From Nitrospirota bacterium (GTDB lineage Bacteria; Nitrospirota; UBA9217): 64,000 bases of DNA. Location: assembly GCA_963740085.1 (NCBI GenBank), contig CAVUCU010000003.1, positions 128,001-192,000 on the forward strand. Reading direction: 5' to 3'. The notes under the pieces are model-generated. The model had not been told where the DNA came from and searched no databases. It saw only the letters and a program-made list of their open reading frames with translations. Each line of letters opens with the position of its first letter. The first letter of the stretch is position 1. Positions 44,056 through 54,100 of the stretch are shown here, piece by piece. Position numbers and translations under genes: made by a program.

Positions 44056-44715
44056 CTATCCCTTAAGAACCGTCAGCTTGTCCAGGTCCGCTGAAGCAAA
44101 GGCCCGTTTGATCTGGATGGCGAAGATCCCCATGATGATCACCCCCATGAGCATGTCGAACAGTACCCCGAGCTCGATCATCGTGGGCATTCCGAAGGTC
44201 AGCGAAAAACCGGCCAGAAAGAGGCCGTTTTCCATGAACAGCAGTCCCAGCACCTGTGTCAGCGCCTTTTTCCTCGTGATCATGATGAAGAGACTGATGA
44301 GGATCACGGCTATGGATATCTGGAGAACATTCCTCGAAAAACCGGTCACAAAGATGCCGTCTTTCAGTGAAGCGTACACCACGGCCACCAGAATGCCCGA
44401 TATGGCAAGAGAAAGGGTATTGCTGATATATGGCTGAACCTCGTGGGTCACCCGCATCTGGCGGACTATCCTCCGCAGGAAAAGCGGGATAAGGATACCC
44501 TTCGTAGCAAGGGTCAGGAACGCCGCAACATACAGATGCGTTTCTCCCGCGAGGACCGCTACCACGGCGATCAATCCGGCCAGCAGCCAGGAATTGATCG
44601 TGTACGCCTTCACGTATGACTCGATGCTCTTGAAGGCGTTCAGGGTCACTGCGGTCAGGAGAATGCCGACGGAGATATAATCGATTATGGAAAAAGCTTC
44701 AAGCCAGGATTTCAT
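44056..44715 (-). CDS. hyfE: Ehr/Hyf cluster A membrane subunit HyfE-like
   Basis: QVLGLLFMENG, GMPTMIELGVLFD. Confidence 0.9.
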   Translation of the reverse strand: MKSWLEAFSIIDYISVGILLTAVTLNAFKSIESYVKAYTINSWLLAGLIAVVAVLAGETHLYVAAFLTLATKGILIPLFLRRIVRQMRVTHEVQPYISNTLSLAISGILVAVVYASLKDGIFVTGFSRNVLQISIAVILISLFIMITRKKALTQVLGLLFMENGLFLAGFSLTFGMPTMIELGVLFDMLMGVIIMGIFAIQIKRAFASADLDKLTVLKG

Positions 44716-44879
44716 GTCGCTGCGCTCCGGGGGTCGCTATGCTCCATTGGAAATTGAAGATTGGAGATTGGAAATTTTAAATTTAAACCGTCTACTTTTT
44801 CTTCTTCGCAGTAATAACAGACTTTGCAATAAAAGCTTCATCGTGAGTTTGAATATGCCCGCACCATGCCCGCATGTCG

Positions 44880-45797
44880 CTATTTCCCCATCATAATGTT
44901 CGTTACGAGCGAAAGGAACGCAAGAACAAAGGCGCCGCCAAGGATCGACGGAAGCTGGAAGAACCTCACCTTCGCGCGTGTGGACTCCACCGCAGCCATC
45001 AGCACGGACATGCCGAGCATTTTGATCGCATATATACCGGTAGCTGCAACCATGCCCGGGCCGCCCGCGGCATGCGCCATCCCGAAAGGGATAAAAACAT
45101 CCACTGCCAGTGTGAAAAGGACCATCTGCTTCATGGAGTGCGCCCATTCCATGAGGGCCAGATACCTGCCGGAATATTCCAGGATCATGCCTTCGTGGAT
45201 CATCGTAAGCTCAAGATGCGTGTCCGGGTTGTCAACCGGCACCCTGCCGGTTTCCGCGATGATCGCCACAATGAACGCAGCCGAAGCAAGCAGGTGCGAC
45301 GGTGAATAGGCAATGCCCTGCGCACCGGCGATACGTGCAATGTTCGTGGATCCTGCCGCTATGGCGGCAGTGAAGAGAGCGAGCATCATCATGGGCTCCA
45401 CCAGGATCGCAACGGTCATTTCCCTGCTGCTTCCCTCGCCGCCAAAGGCCGTCCCGGCATCAAGGCCGGCGAGCGCCATGAAAAACCGGGCCAGGGCAAA
45501 GAGCGCGATAAGGGCGATGAGATCTCCCATCACATCAAAGGCTGATGCTGTGGTTATCACCGGAACGATCATTGCCGCAGCCACCATTGACGCAAACACA
45601 ATATACGGCGCGCTCTTGAATATCCATGACGTGACCGTGGAGATCACCATATCCTTTTTAAAAAGGCGCAGGAGATCATAGTAGGACTGGAGCACGCGGG
45701 GCCCCTTTCTGCCCTGCATCTCCGCCTTGAATGTCTTGATCAACCCGTTCACCAGCGGTGAAAAGATGACGATTATGAGAAATTGATAATACCGCAT
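44880..45797 (-). CDS. hyfC: Ehr/Hyf cluster A NuoH/HyfC-like subunit
   Basis: QGRKGPRVLQSYYD, FGGEGSSRE, ETGRVPVD..HLELTMIHE. Confidence 0.9.
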   Translation of the reverse strand: MRYYQFLIIVIFSPLVNGLIKTFKAEMQGRKGPRVLQSYYDLLRLFKKDMVISTVTSWIFKSAPYIVFASMVAAAMIVPVITTASAFDVMGDLIALIALFALARFFMALAGLDAGTAFGGEGSSREMTVAILVEPMMMLALFTAAIAAGSTNIARIAGAQGIAYSPSHLLASAAFIVAIIAETGRVPVDNPDTHLELTMIHEGMILEYSGRYLALMEWAHSMKQMVLFTLAVDVFIPFGMAHAAGGPGMVAATGIYAIKMLGMSVLMAAVESTRAKVRFFQLPSILGGAFVLAFLSLVTNIMMGK

Positions 45798-45867
45798 GCC
45801 TTCACACTCAGATTTAAAATCTCAAATTTCCAATCTTCAACTTCCAATTCGGCGCGTCGCGCCGCTG

Positions 45868-47859
45868 CTATGTTCCAAAGATCAATAACACGATCAGCGT
45901 GATCAGAATGTATCCCAGATAGAGCTGAAGGCTGCCGGACTGCAGCAGCTTCACTTTACCGGCAACGATATTTATGAATCCGGCGACCGGCTCATACACA
46001 TATCGATCGAAGAACGGCGTGATCTCACCGCCATACCGTATTGACTTCACAAAAAAAGGCTTGATGAGATAGGACACCTTCAGGTCTCTGCTCGGAAGGT
46101 AGATGCGCTTATAGATGATCCTGAGCGGTTTGGTAAATGCCGTGGCCGTATACTGCATCCGCGAGGTAAGCCCCCGGATACCGCAGTCCCATGAATCGGC
46201 ATACACGATCTTTCTTTGCCCCCCGACGATCCTGATGAAGAGCATTGCGGCGACCAGCATAACGACCATGGTGACCATTATCGCAACCGGTGACAGGGTC
46301 GCCGATGTCTGCGGTATGCCAAGAACGCCATGCTGAAAGACAAGGGTCGATGCGCCGGTGACGCTATAGACGGCGGAAACCAGAAGAGACATCGCGGCAG
46401 CAGGAAAAATACCGAAAATGAGGCATGGAACGGCAAGGAACGCCATTCCCAGTATCATCGTAGTTGACGTCTCCTTTGCTTCCCGGGCCTGAGCGCTCCT
46501 CGGCATGCCGAGAAATGATATGCCAAAGGCCTTCACAAAGCCCGCGGCGGCAAGGGCGCCGGTGAGCGCGAGCGCCGCCCCACCGAGCGGCGACACGATC
46601 TTCGCCGTCACCGAGGGGGCTTGAAATCCGAGAAGCAGCGACTGATAGGTAAGCCATTCGCTCACAAACCCGTTCAGCGGGGGAAGCGCGCAGATCGAGA
46701 GTGAACCGATCAGAAAAAAGAGACCGGTGTACGGCATTCGTTTCAAAAGACCGCCCATCGTTTCCATATTACCGCTGCCCGTGCTGGCGATCACCGATCC
46801 CGCGCCCAGGAAAAGCACGCTTTTGAACAAGGCATGGTTCAGCGCGTGATAGAGGGCCGCCGTAAGCGCCAGCGACGACAGTGCATAGAGTCCGTTGCTC
46901 TTGAACATCATGGCTGCGCCGACGCCCAACAGGATGATCCCGATATTCTCTACGCTGGAGTAGGCCAGGAACAGCTTCACCTCGTTCTCGATCAGGCTGT
47001 AGAGGATGCCGAGGATCGCCGATACCGCGCCCACGCAGATGAGCGAGATCCCCCACCACTCGGGCCCCTGCCCCATCACATCCATGCAGATCCTGATCAA
47101 TCCGTAGATGCCCATCTTTACCATGAGGCCGGACATGAGGGCGGCGATATTCGACGGCACCACCGCGTATGCCCGGGGGATCCAGGTATGGAGTGGGATG
47201 ATCCCCGACTTTGCGCCGAAACCAATGACTGAAAAAATAAAGATGATCGACTTTACGCCTTGTGGCATACCGGAAAGCCCCGCCTTCATCCCTTCGAAGT
47301 CCATCCTGTTCGTATAACGATAGAGAATAAAGAAAAGTGCGATGAGGAACGCGGTGCCGATGTGGGTCATCACCGCGTAGAAAAGGCCTGCGCGCGCGGC
47401 CTTCTCGCTCCGTTCGAAGATCACGAGAAAATAGGACGCGATCGCCATCGTCTCCCAGGAGATCAGAAAGGTAAAGATATTTGCCGACAGGACGACGGCG
47501 TAGAGGCTCAGAATGAGGAGATTATAAAAGAACCCCATGAAACCCGCGTGCGGTAAGCCGCGCGTAAATCCGATGGAGTAGACCGACACGGCGAAGGTGA
47601 CCAGTGATATCGTGATCATGAAGAAGCCGGTCAGCGCATCACCGCGGAAGGAAAACTCGAAGACGGATGACGCGGACAGGGCCTGGTAGGTTACCGGAGC
47701 CGCAATAGTGAGATAGATCCCGATCGCAAGAAAACTGAGGGCTCCAAAGAGAGAACAGAGGTAGGATATGATTCTGCTTTTTCCGGCTGGTACGAGTGCG
47801 CTTACCGCACCCACTGCAAAAAAAATGATCCCCGAAAGAAGAAAATGTTCCGTTTCCAT
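45868..47859 (-). CDS. hyfB: Ehr/Hyf cluster A large antiporter-like subunit HyfB
   Basis: WETM, KSGIIPLHTWIPRAY, LAYSSVEN, WDCG, RMQYT. Start taken at METEHF. Confidence 0.88.
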   Translation of the reverse strand: METEHFLLSGIIFFAVGAVSALVPAGKSRIISYLCSLFGALSFLAIGIYLTIAAPVTYQALSASSVFEFSFRGDALTGFFMITISLVTFAVSVYSIGFTRGLPHAGFMGFFYNLLILSLYAVVLSANIFTFLISWETMAIASYFLVIFERSEKAARAGLFYAVMTHIGTAFLIALFFILYRYTNRMDFEGMKAGLSGMPQGVKSIIFIFSVIGFGAKSGIIPLHTWIPRAYAVVPSNIAALMSGLMVKMGIYGLIRICMDVMGQGPEWWGISLICVGAVSAILGILYSLIENEVKLFLAYSSVENIGIILLGVGAAMMFKSNGLYALSSLALTAALYHALNHALFKSVLFLGAGSVIASTGSGNMETMGGLLKRMPYTGLFFLIGSLSICALPPLNGFVSEWLTYQSLLLGFQAPSVTAKIVSPLGGAALALTGALAAAGFVKAFGISFLGMPRSAQAREAKETSTTMILGMAFLAVPCLIFGIFPAAAMSLLVSAVYSVTGASTLVFQHGVLGIPQTSATLSPVAIMVTMVVMLVAAMLFIRIVGGQRKIVYADSWDCGIRGLTSRMQYTATAFTKPLRIIYKRIYLPSRDLKVSYLIKPFFVKSIRYGGEITPFFDRYVYEPVAGFINIVAGKVKLLQSGSLQLYLGYILITLIVLLIFGT

Positions 47860-47919
47860 CAAAATAAATTCCCGCTCTGTCAAAAATCAGTCGTCCAAAA
47901 TGCCGTGTTACGATGTTGC

Positions 47920-47947
47920 AGTATATTCCAATAGGCCGTTTTGTCAA
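47920..47947 (-). promoter_or_regulatory. Sigma-70-type promoter for the Ehr operon(s)
   Basis: Minus strand TTGACA-N16-TATACT. Confidence 0.6.
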
Positions 47948-48100
47948 GATAAAATTCAAATACCCCTGGGTTCAAGCGGCGTTTTGTCTTCAACAACTTC
48001 GCCCATCACGGCGGTCAGCCCCGCAATTGCAGCTCAGCATGGCCCCCCATCTTTACGGCGCCCTGGTGGACCGGATCGATGAAAGCGACGCGTGTCAAAC

Positions 48101-48128
48101 AAAAAAGGGCGGCTTTTTCAGCCGCCCT
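48101..48128 (-). terminator. Rho-independent terminator after the TauE-DUF1634 pair
   Basis: GGGCGGCT / AGCCGCCC stem with T6 on the minus strand. Confidence 0.8.
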
Positions 48129-48161
48129 GCAGTTATCTTAGTCAGATACCGTTCTGATCGA

Positions 48162-48581
48162 TCAATGGCCGCCGACTTTCAAGAGTCCGCTCGCTGCAAG
48201 AGACAGCACCAGTATCTCGACGATCGCGAGAATGACGTAGGCGGTATCCTTTTTCCTGAACAGGATCGGCAGGATAACCAGGTAGCAGAGGATCGTGAGT
48301 CCCGACAGCATTGCAATGCCGACGAAGTTCAGGTAATCGCCCTTTCCTACCAGTGCGGCCCAGTGCCAGCCCGTGGGCGCGTTGAGAGCAACGTTGTAGT
48401 CATGCACCCGCATGGTCCAGTACTTCGGCAGATCGTCGATCGGCACAAAGGTCGGGAGCACCCCCGAGATGTAAATAAAGAAAGTGATCACCAGAACGGC
48501 GAGCCCCAGCCACATCCCGACGTTCAGAACACCCGCATATGACATCTGCTCTTCCGATGCCTTGGTTTTTTCGTTCGTCAT
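48162..48581 (-). CDS. DUF1634-like small membrane protein, TauE partner
   Basis: 139 aa, EQMSYAGVL, PTGWHW, GDYLNFVGIA; directly downstream of TauE. Confidence 0.7.
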   Translation of the reverse strand: MTNEKTKASEEQMSYAGVLNVGMWLGLAVLVITFFIYISGVLPTFVPIDDLPKYWTMRVHDYNVALNAPTGWHWAALVGKGDYLNFVGIAMLSGLTILCYLVILPILFRKKDTAYVILAIVEILVLSLAASGLLKVGGH

Positions 48582-48593
48582 TTTAAGTTCCCC

Positions 48594-49637
48594 CTATTTC
48601 CAGATTGCAAGTCCCTTGAGCAAAGACCTGAGTCCCGCGAAGAGCAGGAGACCTATCACCATCCACTTGATGGCCTTCGGCTTTGATTTGGCGAGGATCT
48701 TCACACCGATGATCGAACCGAGCATGATGCCCACGAGGGACGGCACCACGATCATCGGCAGGACCGCGCCCTGGTTCAGGTAAACCCATGCCGCCGAGGT
48801 GTCGGTGATCGAAAGCAGGAACTTGCTTGTGGCCACCGAGATCTTGAGCGGCGCGCCCATCAGCAGGTTCAGCACCGGGACATTCGCCCAGCCCGCGCCG
48901 AGACCGAACATGCCTGCCATGATGCCGATCACGACGAACAGTGCCAGGCCCATCGGTGTCTTATGGACGGTCCATTCCACGTCCTTGCCGAGCGACTCTT
49001 CCCGGTAGATGCCCATGATCCCGAGGCTCTGTGCAAGGTTGTCCGGCTTGGGCACATGGGGAAAATCTGACTTTTTTGCAGTTGCCATAATGACCACGAT
49101 GAACAGGATCGTCGCGCCGAGGAGGGTGTTCACTACGTTCGGCTTCAGTGCAAGGCCGATCATCGCTCCGCCGATCGCGGCCGCAGACGCGATCACCGCC
49201 ACGGGAATCGCCAGCCGGAGGCTCGCGAGATTCCTCTTCAGCAGACCCGGACCCGCAGCAAGCGCGCCTGCGAGGGCAACGAGTAGTCCTGCGCCTCTCA
49301 CGAAGTCAATGTTGAACGGGAAGAACCCGCCCACGATCGGCACGAACAACACTCCGCCTCCGACACCGCCGAGTACCGCCAGGATGCCGAGAATAAAGGT
49401 AGTGACGAACAACGCCAGCGGCCATATCCACCATGGTGTGGCCGACCCAGGCACTGCGGAAACCGGGGTTGCCTCTGCCGCATGGGCATAGTCGTGTCCA
49501 ACTGCCTCAGCAGCAGGCGCGGCTGGAGCCGGGTCGTTTGATGCAAATACGGTTCCGGCTGCGGACAACATGGCAAAAACGGTCAGCAGCATGACGGAAA
49601 CCTTTAACCAACGCTGTACCATTTCTTTTCCTTTCAT
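48594..49637 (-). CDS. TauE/SafE (TSUP) family membrane transporter 3, with N-terminal signal/linker
   Basis: LGGVGGGVLFVP and GMFGLGAGWANVP repeats, ATSKF. Confidence 0.88.
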   Translation of the reverse strand: MKGKEMVQRWLKVSVMLLTVFAMLSAAGTVFASNDPAPAAPAAEAVGHDYAHAAEATPVSAVPGSATPWWIWPLALFVTTFILGILAVLGGVGGGVLFVPIVGGFFPFNIDFVRGAGLLVALAGALAAGPGLLKRNLASLRLAIPVAVIASAAAIGGAMIGLALKPNVVNTLLGATILFIVVIMATAKKSDFPHVPKPDNLAQSLGIMGIYREESLGKDVEWTVHKTPMGLALFVVIGIMAGMFGLGAGWANVPVLNLLMGAPLKISVATSKFLLSITDTSAAWVYLNQGAVLPMIVVPSLVGIMLGSIIGVKILAKSKPKAIKWMVIGLLLFAGLRSLLKGLAIWK

Positions 49638-49828
49638 TCCGATAAATCCAATAGGGTATTTTATTCAAACCAATGCATTGCGTTATGCAATTGTATGGTT
49701 TCAATTTGCACGGGTTGTCATGTTATTATAATATTGGAGAAGTTGTCAAGAAAAATGTTAGGCATTCAGCACTGGATTTCCATAAATTCGTGCGATAAAG
49801 CGATAAGAAACACTTATGGTTAAAAACG

Positions 49829-49860
49829 AAAAAGGAGGAGGCGGGGCAGATGCCCCGCCT
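49829..49860 (-). terminator. Probable terminator hairpin
   Basis: AGGCGGGGCA / TGCCCCGCCT stem with downstream T-run on the minus strand. Confidence 0.55.
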
Positions 49861-49899
49861 TGGAGGAGGAGGTTCATGACCGAGTCATGAGAAGTTATG

Positions 49900-51108
49900 T
49901 TACTGGACTACGCCGCCGATGACCGCCGGCGCTACTGTAACCACAGGTTCCGTGCCGATCGCGGGCGCCGTCCATTCCGTGGCGAGATCCGGCAGAGGAT
50001 AGCTTGCTACCGACAACGCAGAGCAGTTGCTGGCATCAACTTTCTTCATTCTCTGCTCCAACTCTAGAGGTTTCACGAGATACTCGGTAGTATCTACCGT
50101 TACCTTGGTGAGTGATCCATCTGCCTGTACCGGCGGGATCACGAATGCCGGTACATATCTGATAGTACTGCTATTGGTACACTCCGCATCAAGACCGGTA
50201 TCCATATTCACACACTTGCCGGGAATACCATTGAGATTGCCGAATCCGCTGTATTCCATCATAAAGGTCGCGCCGGCATAGGGCGCCTTATTATGTACAT
50301 ACTTGACCGATAGCGGCGGTTCGAACTTCAGCATTGTCCCACTCCCATCTTTAAGCGCTGAGAACTGGTTCCAGCTGTCTGGTCCTGTTTCCCATGTGTA
50401 GAAGACATCAAGAGCGCTCCACGCTTTCCAGCCACAGACCTGGGCATTCGTTGCAGGATTATTATCCCCGTCCCAGTTGCAATCAAGCGCAGCCAAATTT
50501 GCGGTAGTCGGATCGAACAATGCGCCGCTCATGACACCGTAGGCATTAGTCGAACTCGCCTGGCTCATTATGACGCTCGAACCATTCAGTTGCAGAAGCA
50601 TGGAAGTCGGGTTAAATGTATAGTTGGTCGCCGTATTTGATGGACCGGACATCATCATGCTGATATAAGCCTGCCCGTTGCCATCGACTTGCGGACAATT
50701 ATCATAGCAGGCAAATGACGCGGGAATGGTATCTGTCGGGTACACAAGGTCTTCGGCAAAGAAAATAATGTTCGTATTATTTACAGGTGCGTCACAGGTG
50801 GTCGTGGGCGGCGACGGGATCGAACCTGTTGGGAATGTTTGCATGCAATTGACCAATGGTACTCGCACTTGGCCGCCAAGCGACTGAGAATAGAAATTCA
50901 GTTCACCCCACTGGAGCGTTGACAAATCAAACACCTCCGGAGAAGCCAAATTCTGCCACTGGCAGTTGCCGCTGCAGTTCGAAGGCATTGAGGCTGTTTT
51001 ATAAAACATTTGATCTGTGCCATCCCAAACGACCTGGTAGTTTGAACAGCCACTCTGATCGCATACTGAATAATTGAGCGGAATCCCCTTGATCTCTGCA
51101 AGGGTCAT
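49900..51108 (-). CDS. Cys/Asn/Thr-rich hypothetical protein, extracellular-like, possibly 5'-truncated
   Basis: 402-aa ORF, lower GC than neighbours, many Cys, no signal peptide or clear SD. Confidence 0.65.
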   Translation of the reverse strand: MTLAEIKGIPLNYSVCDQSGCSNYQVVWDGTDQMFYKTASMPSNCSGNCQWQNLASPEVFDLSTLQWGELNFYSQSLGGQVRVPLVNCMQTFPTGSIPSPPTTTCDAPVNNTNIIFFAEDLVYPTDTIPASFACYDNCPQVDGNGQAYISMMMSGPSNTATNYTFNPTSMLLQLNGSSVIMSQASSTNAYGVMSGALFDPTTANLAALDCNWDGDNNPATNAQVCGWKAWSALDVFYTWETGPDSWNQFSALKDGSGTMLKFEPPLSVKYVHNKAPYAGATFMMEYSGFGNLNGIPGKCVNMDTGLDAECTNSSTIRYVPAFVIPPVQADGSLTKVTVDTTEYLVKPLELEQRMKKVDASNCSALSVASYPLPDLATEWTAPAIGTEPVVTVAPAVIGGVVQ

Positions 51109-51171
51109 TGTTTTCTTGGAATGCTTCTTAAGCTTCCCGCCTGCGGTAAAGACTAGAAGGGATTCAAGCGA

Positions 51172-54100
51172 TCAAACATCGCTGAGCAGCTTATCGAATA
51201 AATGCCTCACCTGCCTGCTCATCAGGTTATAATCATCGAGAAGCTTCTGCCCGGCCGATACTCCCTCATCCGGGTATTCCATGCGGAGCGCAAGAGGGAG
51301 AAGCTTTGCCGGGTCCCTGCTCAGTTCACTTGTTGCCTGGTTCGAAACGATCCTCAACCTGTTTTCGAGCCGCCGCATGAACAGATAAGCCCGTACCAGG
51401 GTCGCGTATGCATCCTCGTCAAGGAGCCCCTCTCTTTTCAAGGCCCGCAGGGCATTATATGTTCCGGGGATCCGGACCCTTTGGTGCTGCTTCCCGCAGA
51501 GAAGCTGCAAATACTGGACAAGGAAGTCAATGTCCACAAGGCCGCCAGCACCCTGCTTGATATTGTAGGAAGCCTCGCTTTCCCTGCCGACCTCATTCTC
51601 CATCCTTTTTCGCATCGAGGTAATGTCCTTGGCCAAGGTTGCCCGGTCCACGTCCCGATAAATGAGTGCCTGGATCAGGCGACAGAATATCGCACCGAGT
51701 GCGCGGTCCCCTGCAACACACCTCGCCCGCAGCAGCGCCTGAAGCTCCCAGGTCTCCGCCTGGCTGGAATAGTAATTTTTGAAGGCATCGACACTCTGCA
51801 CCAGCGGCCCTTTAGAGCCCGTGGGTCGGAGCCGGGTGTCCACGCGGAAAACGAACCCCTCACGCGTGAGCGTGGAAAGATAGGAGATCGTCTTTTCCGC
51901 CACTTTGCTGAAATATTCGAACACCGTCAGACCTGCGGGCGGGGATGCGGCCCGGAGTTCCGTGAAGACAAAGAGGATATCGAGATCAGAACCGTAAGAA
52001 AGCTCCCTGCCGCCGAGTTTGCCGACACCGATTACGGCAAGGCCGGCCGTGGACCCCTGCATATTGTACCGCTTGCCGGTTTCATTTGCGGCAAGAGCAA
52101 GTGCTGCATCGAGACAAACCTCCGCGAGCTTCGACAGATCGCGGGAGACCGCAGCCAGCGGCATATTCGACAACAAGTCCGCCATGCCGATCCGGATCTC
52201 TTCCAGGTGTTTGAACCGCCGCAAGGCGTCAAGGTTCGCCGCAAGGTCCGGAGACCGCTCCAGGGCCTCGCCGAGTTCCTTCGCAAAGCTCGCGCTCGTG
52301 CCGGTGCCGGAGGATTTTCGGAACTCGATGAGGTTTTGGAGGAGTATCGGCCTGCTCACGAGCAATCGTGACAAATACTCGCTGTTGGCAAATATCGCGA
52401 TCAGGACCTTGCCGGCCGATGGACCTATCTTCATCAGCGCCTGAAAGGCTTCCCACGAGCCTTGCGCCGCGAGAAAGGACTCCAGCTGGTTCAGCGCCAT
52501 GTCGGGATCGGGTGAAGAGATGATCTCCTGAAAAAGCGCCGGAAAGATCTCGTTAAAAAGCTTGCGGCTTCGCGGCGTTTGATGAACGAAGGCTGTTCCC
52601 TCGCGAAGCAAAAGCAGGTCCCGGAACGCCTTGCCGGGGTCCTTGAATCCAAGCTTCCCCAACAGCGAGACCGCCTCCTGCTCTGGTGTCTCAGGGTCGA
52701 GTAGCGCTGAATAGTCCCTGGCTGATGATTTGACGGCCCCTTCTTCACCCGTAAAAGCGAACAGGTCGTCATAGATGCCCCTTACCTTTTTCGTATGATC
52801 GGCATAGTTGTGGAGCAACTCCTCCGCCTCTCCTCCATGGGGGTCGAAATAACCGGTACGCCGGGCAAGGGTGCGCAGTTCAGGTTCGTCGCCCGGAAGC
52901 GTCTGGGTCTGCAGATCATCGAGGATCTGGATCCGGTGCTCCACGGTCCGCAGGAAGATATAGGCCTTGGAAAGCACGTCGTGCTCCTGATCGGTGATAA
53001 GTCCCTTTTGCGCAAGGACATGGAGCGCCTTGAGCGCGTTCTTTTCGCGCAGCGTCCGGTCCCGGCCGGAGTAGATAAGCTGAAGCGCCTGGATCACGAA
53101 CTCGATCTCCCGGATGCCGCCGTAGCCGAGCTTTACGTCGCGGTGAGTCCTCCCCTTCTGCTCCACGTCCCTGTTGATCTTCTGCTTCATGTCGCGGATC
53201 TCGGCGATGGCGCTGTAATCCAGGTACTTCCGGTACACAAATGGGGCGATGCGGTCCATGAATTCCCTGCCCACGGCCTCGTCGCCGGCTACCGGTCTTG
53301 CCTTGAGCAACGCCGACCGTTCCCAGGTCTGGCCCCAGGACTCGTAGTAGATCTCATACCCGCCCAGGCTCTGGGCCAGTGGACCACGCTGCCCCTCGGG
53401 CCGGAGACGCATGTCCACGCGGAACACGAACCCGTCCTCGGTCTTCTCGTTGATGGCAGCGCTCAGCTTCTCCGCGAGTTTGATAAAATACTGGTGATTC
53501 GTTATCCGGTTCGTTCTGTGACCGTCTGAGGTGACTATCCCCTCCGTCTCGCCATCGGCGGTATAGACATACATAAGGTCAACATCGGAGCTGAAGTTCA
53601 GTTCCCTTCCCCCAAGTTTGCCCATGGCGATGACCGCGAATCCGGCGGGAGCCATTGTTCCGTCGGGGTTCTCCATGATCGGTCTGCCGTATCGTTTCGT
53701 GAGCCCGGCATCGGCCCATTCATAGGCCCTCTGCAAGCTCACTTCGGCAAGATGAGACAGGTCCTCCACGGTCTCCCTGAGATCGGCCCTGCCGAGCAGA
53801 TCGCGCAGCCCGATCCTGAGCATCTCTTTTTTACGGTTCAGACGAAGCAACCGGAAGAACTCGTGATCTTCAGGATGGTCGCCGACCAACGCCGCGAGCC
53901 GTTCGTCCAGTTGCCGTTTGTCGGTTGGATGGGAAAGAACGAGCGGATCGGACAAAAAAACCAGGCTTTCATCGGCGATCGTGACGAGGAAGGTGGAAAG
54001 AAACCGGCTTGCGCCGAATATCGTGATGAGCGCGCGAAGAATGTCATGCCTCCTCCGGCAAAGCGAGATGAAGGAGGGAATGTCCGTAAGCGCGCTCACG

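Noticed and set aside
32385-47859. Annotation as functional [NiFe] hydrogenase-4 / formate hydrogenlyase
   Set aside because: Both large subunits lack the L1 and L2 CxxC motifs, and no fdh or maturation genes are present.
49725-49749. TTGACA/TATAAT promoter upstream of TauE 3
   Set aside because: The spacer is only 13 nt as sequenced.
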